This document shows positions 62,801 through 64,000 of a stretch of DNA of 64,000 nt, in pieces. The stretch comes from Cyanophora paradoxa CCMP329 (lineage: Eukaryota > Plantae > Glaucophyta). Numbering within the stretch: position 1 is the first letter of the stretch; every line of letters begins with the position of its first letter. The DNA lies in assembly GCA_004431415.1 (NCBI GenBank), contig QPMI01000250.1:53875-117874 (forward strand). Reading direction: 5' to 3'. A program made the position numbers and the translations under genes. The notes below the pieces were generated by a model. That model saw nothing but the letters and a program-made list of their open reading frames with translations, was not told where the DNA came from and did no database searches.

Positions 62801-64000
62801 ATACATCTAGGAAAATTTTGTACCGCGTCCGCGAGAGACTGAGCACCAGATATGCATTTAGATGCGTACTAGCTCGTGCTAAGCGCTTCGGTCTCTCGCC
62901 AATCGCTCCCCTAGTTTAATCGGGCCGCACCGAACAGATGCCATACAAGTCCAGCCGAAATTAAAGCGGAGCACAGCGAGTGACTGGCGCGAGACCGGGC
63001 AGGTAGGAAGTGCATTTTAGATCAGCCGAGATGAAAAACATTTTTGGTCTCCCGCCAGAACCTCGCTGTGCGAAAGTTGGCCTCGGCGGTCGCTGCGCCC
63101 CGGCCCCCTCTTCCGCCCTCGACAGCGCAAGGCAGCTCAAGGCCCGCCCAGGCCCCCCCGCTCCCCCCAACTGCCCTTCCCGGGACTCGAACGCTGGGGC
63201 AATAAGTCGCCGGCCGGGCGCACTGCTAGCTCGGCTAGCTCGCCGCGAAACTGGCCTTTTCCTCGTCGCCTTTCTATGACCATACATCTAGGAAAATTTT
63301 GTACCGCGTCCGCGAGAGACTGAGCACCAGATATGCATTTAGATGCGTACTAGCTCGTGCTAAGCGCTTCGGTCTCTCGCCAATCGCTCCCCCTAGTTTA
63401 ATCGGGCCGCACCGAACAGATGCCATACAAGTCCAGCCGAAATTAAAGCGGAGCACAGCGAGTGACTGGCGCGAGACCGGGCAGGTAGGAAGTGCATTTT
63501 AGATCAGCCGAGATGAAAAACATTTTGGTCTCCCGCCAGAACCTCGCTGTGCGAAAGTTGGCCTCGGCGGTCGCTGCGCCCCGGCCCCCTCTTCCGCCCT
63601 CGACAGCGCAAGGCAGCTCAAGGCCCGCCCAGGCCCCCCCGCTCCCCCCAACTGCCCTTCCCGGGACTCGAACGCTGGGGCAATAAGTCGCCGGCCGGGC
63701 GCACTGCTAGCTCGGCTAGCTCGCCGCGAAACTGGCCTTTCCTCGTCGCCTTTCTATGACCATACATCTAGGAAAATTTTGTACCGCGTCCGCGAGAGAC
63801 TGAGCACCAGATATGCATTTAGATGCGTACTAGCTCGTGCTAAGCGCTTCGGTCTCTCGCCAATCGCTCCCCCTAGTTTAATCGGGCCGCACCGAACAGA
63901 TGCCATACAAGTCCAGCCGAAATTAAAGCGGAGCACAGCGAGTGACTGGCGCGAGACCGGGCAGGTAGGAGTGCATTTTAGATCAGCCGAGATGAAAAAC
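50835..64000. repeat. Satellite array, ~478-482-bp monomer, ~28 copies, continues beyond window
   Basis: atgccatacaagtccagccgaaattaaagcggag... recurs head-to-tail (e.g. about 50835, 51317, 51796, 52273); the same short ORFs repeat at this period. Confidence 0.98.

Noticed and set aside
50835-64000. CRISPR array or repeated protein-coding ORFs (MHFRSAEMK...)
   Set aside because: No unique spacers, eukaryotic context, and the ORFs shift frame between monomers

Overview
Eukaryotic nuclear DNA: GC-rich, many short spliceosomal introns, and a flagellate, since it carries CFAP54. The style recalls algal/protist genomes such as glaucophytes, but the taxon cannot be established from sequence alone. 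Layout: (1) 1-5.6 kb holds a degenerate L1/Tx1-type non-LTR retrotransposon, repeat debris, a GRF zinc-finger fragment and tRNA-Leu(TAG). (2) 5650-24853 is the main finding: a 19.2-kb DNA transposon bounded by imperfect TIRs (TATCAGGG..GTGTGCA-Cn / Gn-TGCACAC..CCCTGACA) and a perfect 6-bp TSD (TTTGCA). It encodes an intron-containing IS3/IS481-like (IS3EU-type) DDE transposase plus about 8 cargo genes: SET methyltransferase, Ulp1/C48 protease, RING-H2+PHD protein, alpha-kinase-like protein, Ada-type Zn-finger protein, a truncated HTH-only transposase paralogue and two hypotheticals. It also contains a 1.3-kb internal palindrome. (3) 25.9-47.4 kb holds six host genes in three tight head-to-head pairs: class 1A DHODH / catalytically altered RNase III-like; CFAP54 / F-box-Sel1; DBP2(DDX5)-like / PRMT3. 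(4) 47.5-50.8 kb is repeats. (5) 50835-64000 is a ~480-bp satellite array of about 28 copies running off the window. Exon boundaries and domain calls were made by eye without database searches. Several single-base frameshifts in homopolymers may be long-read consensus errors.
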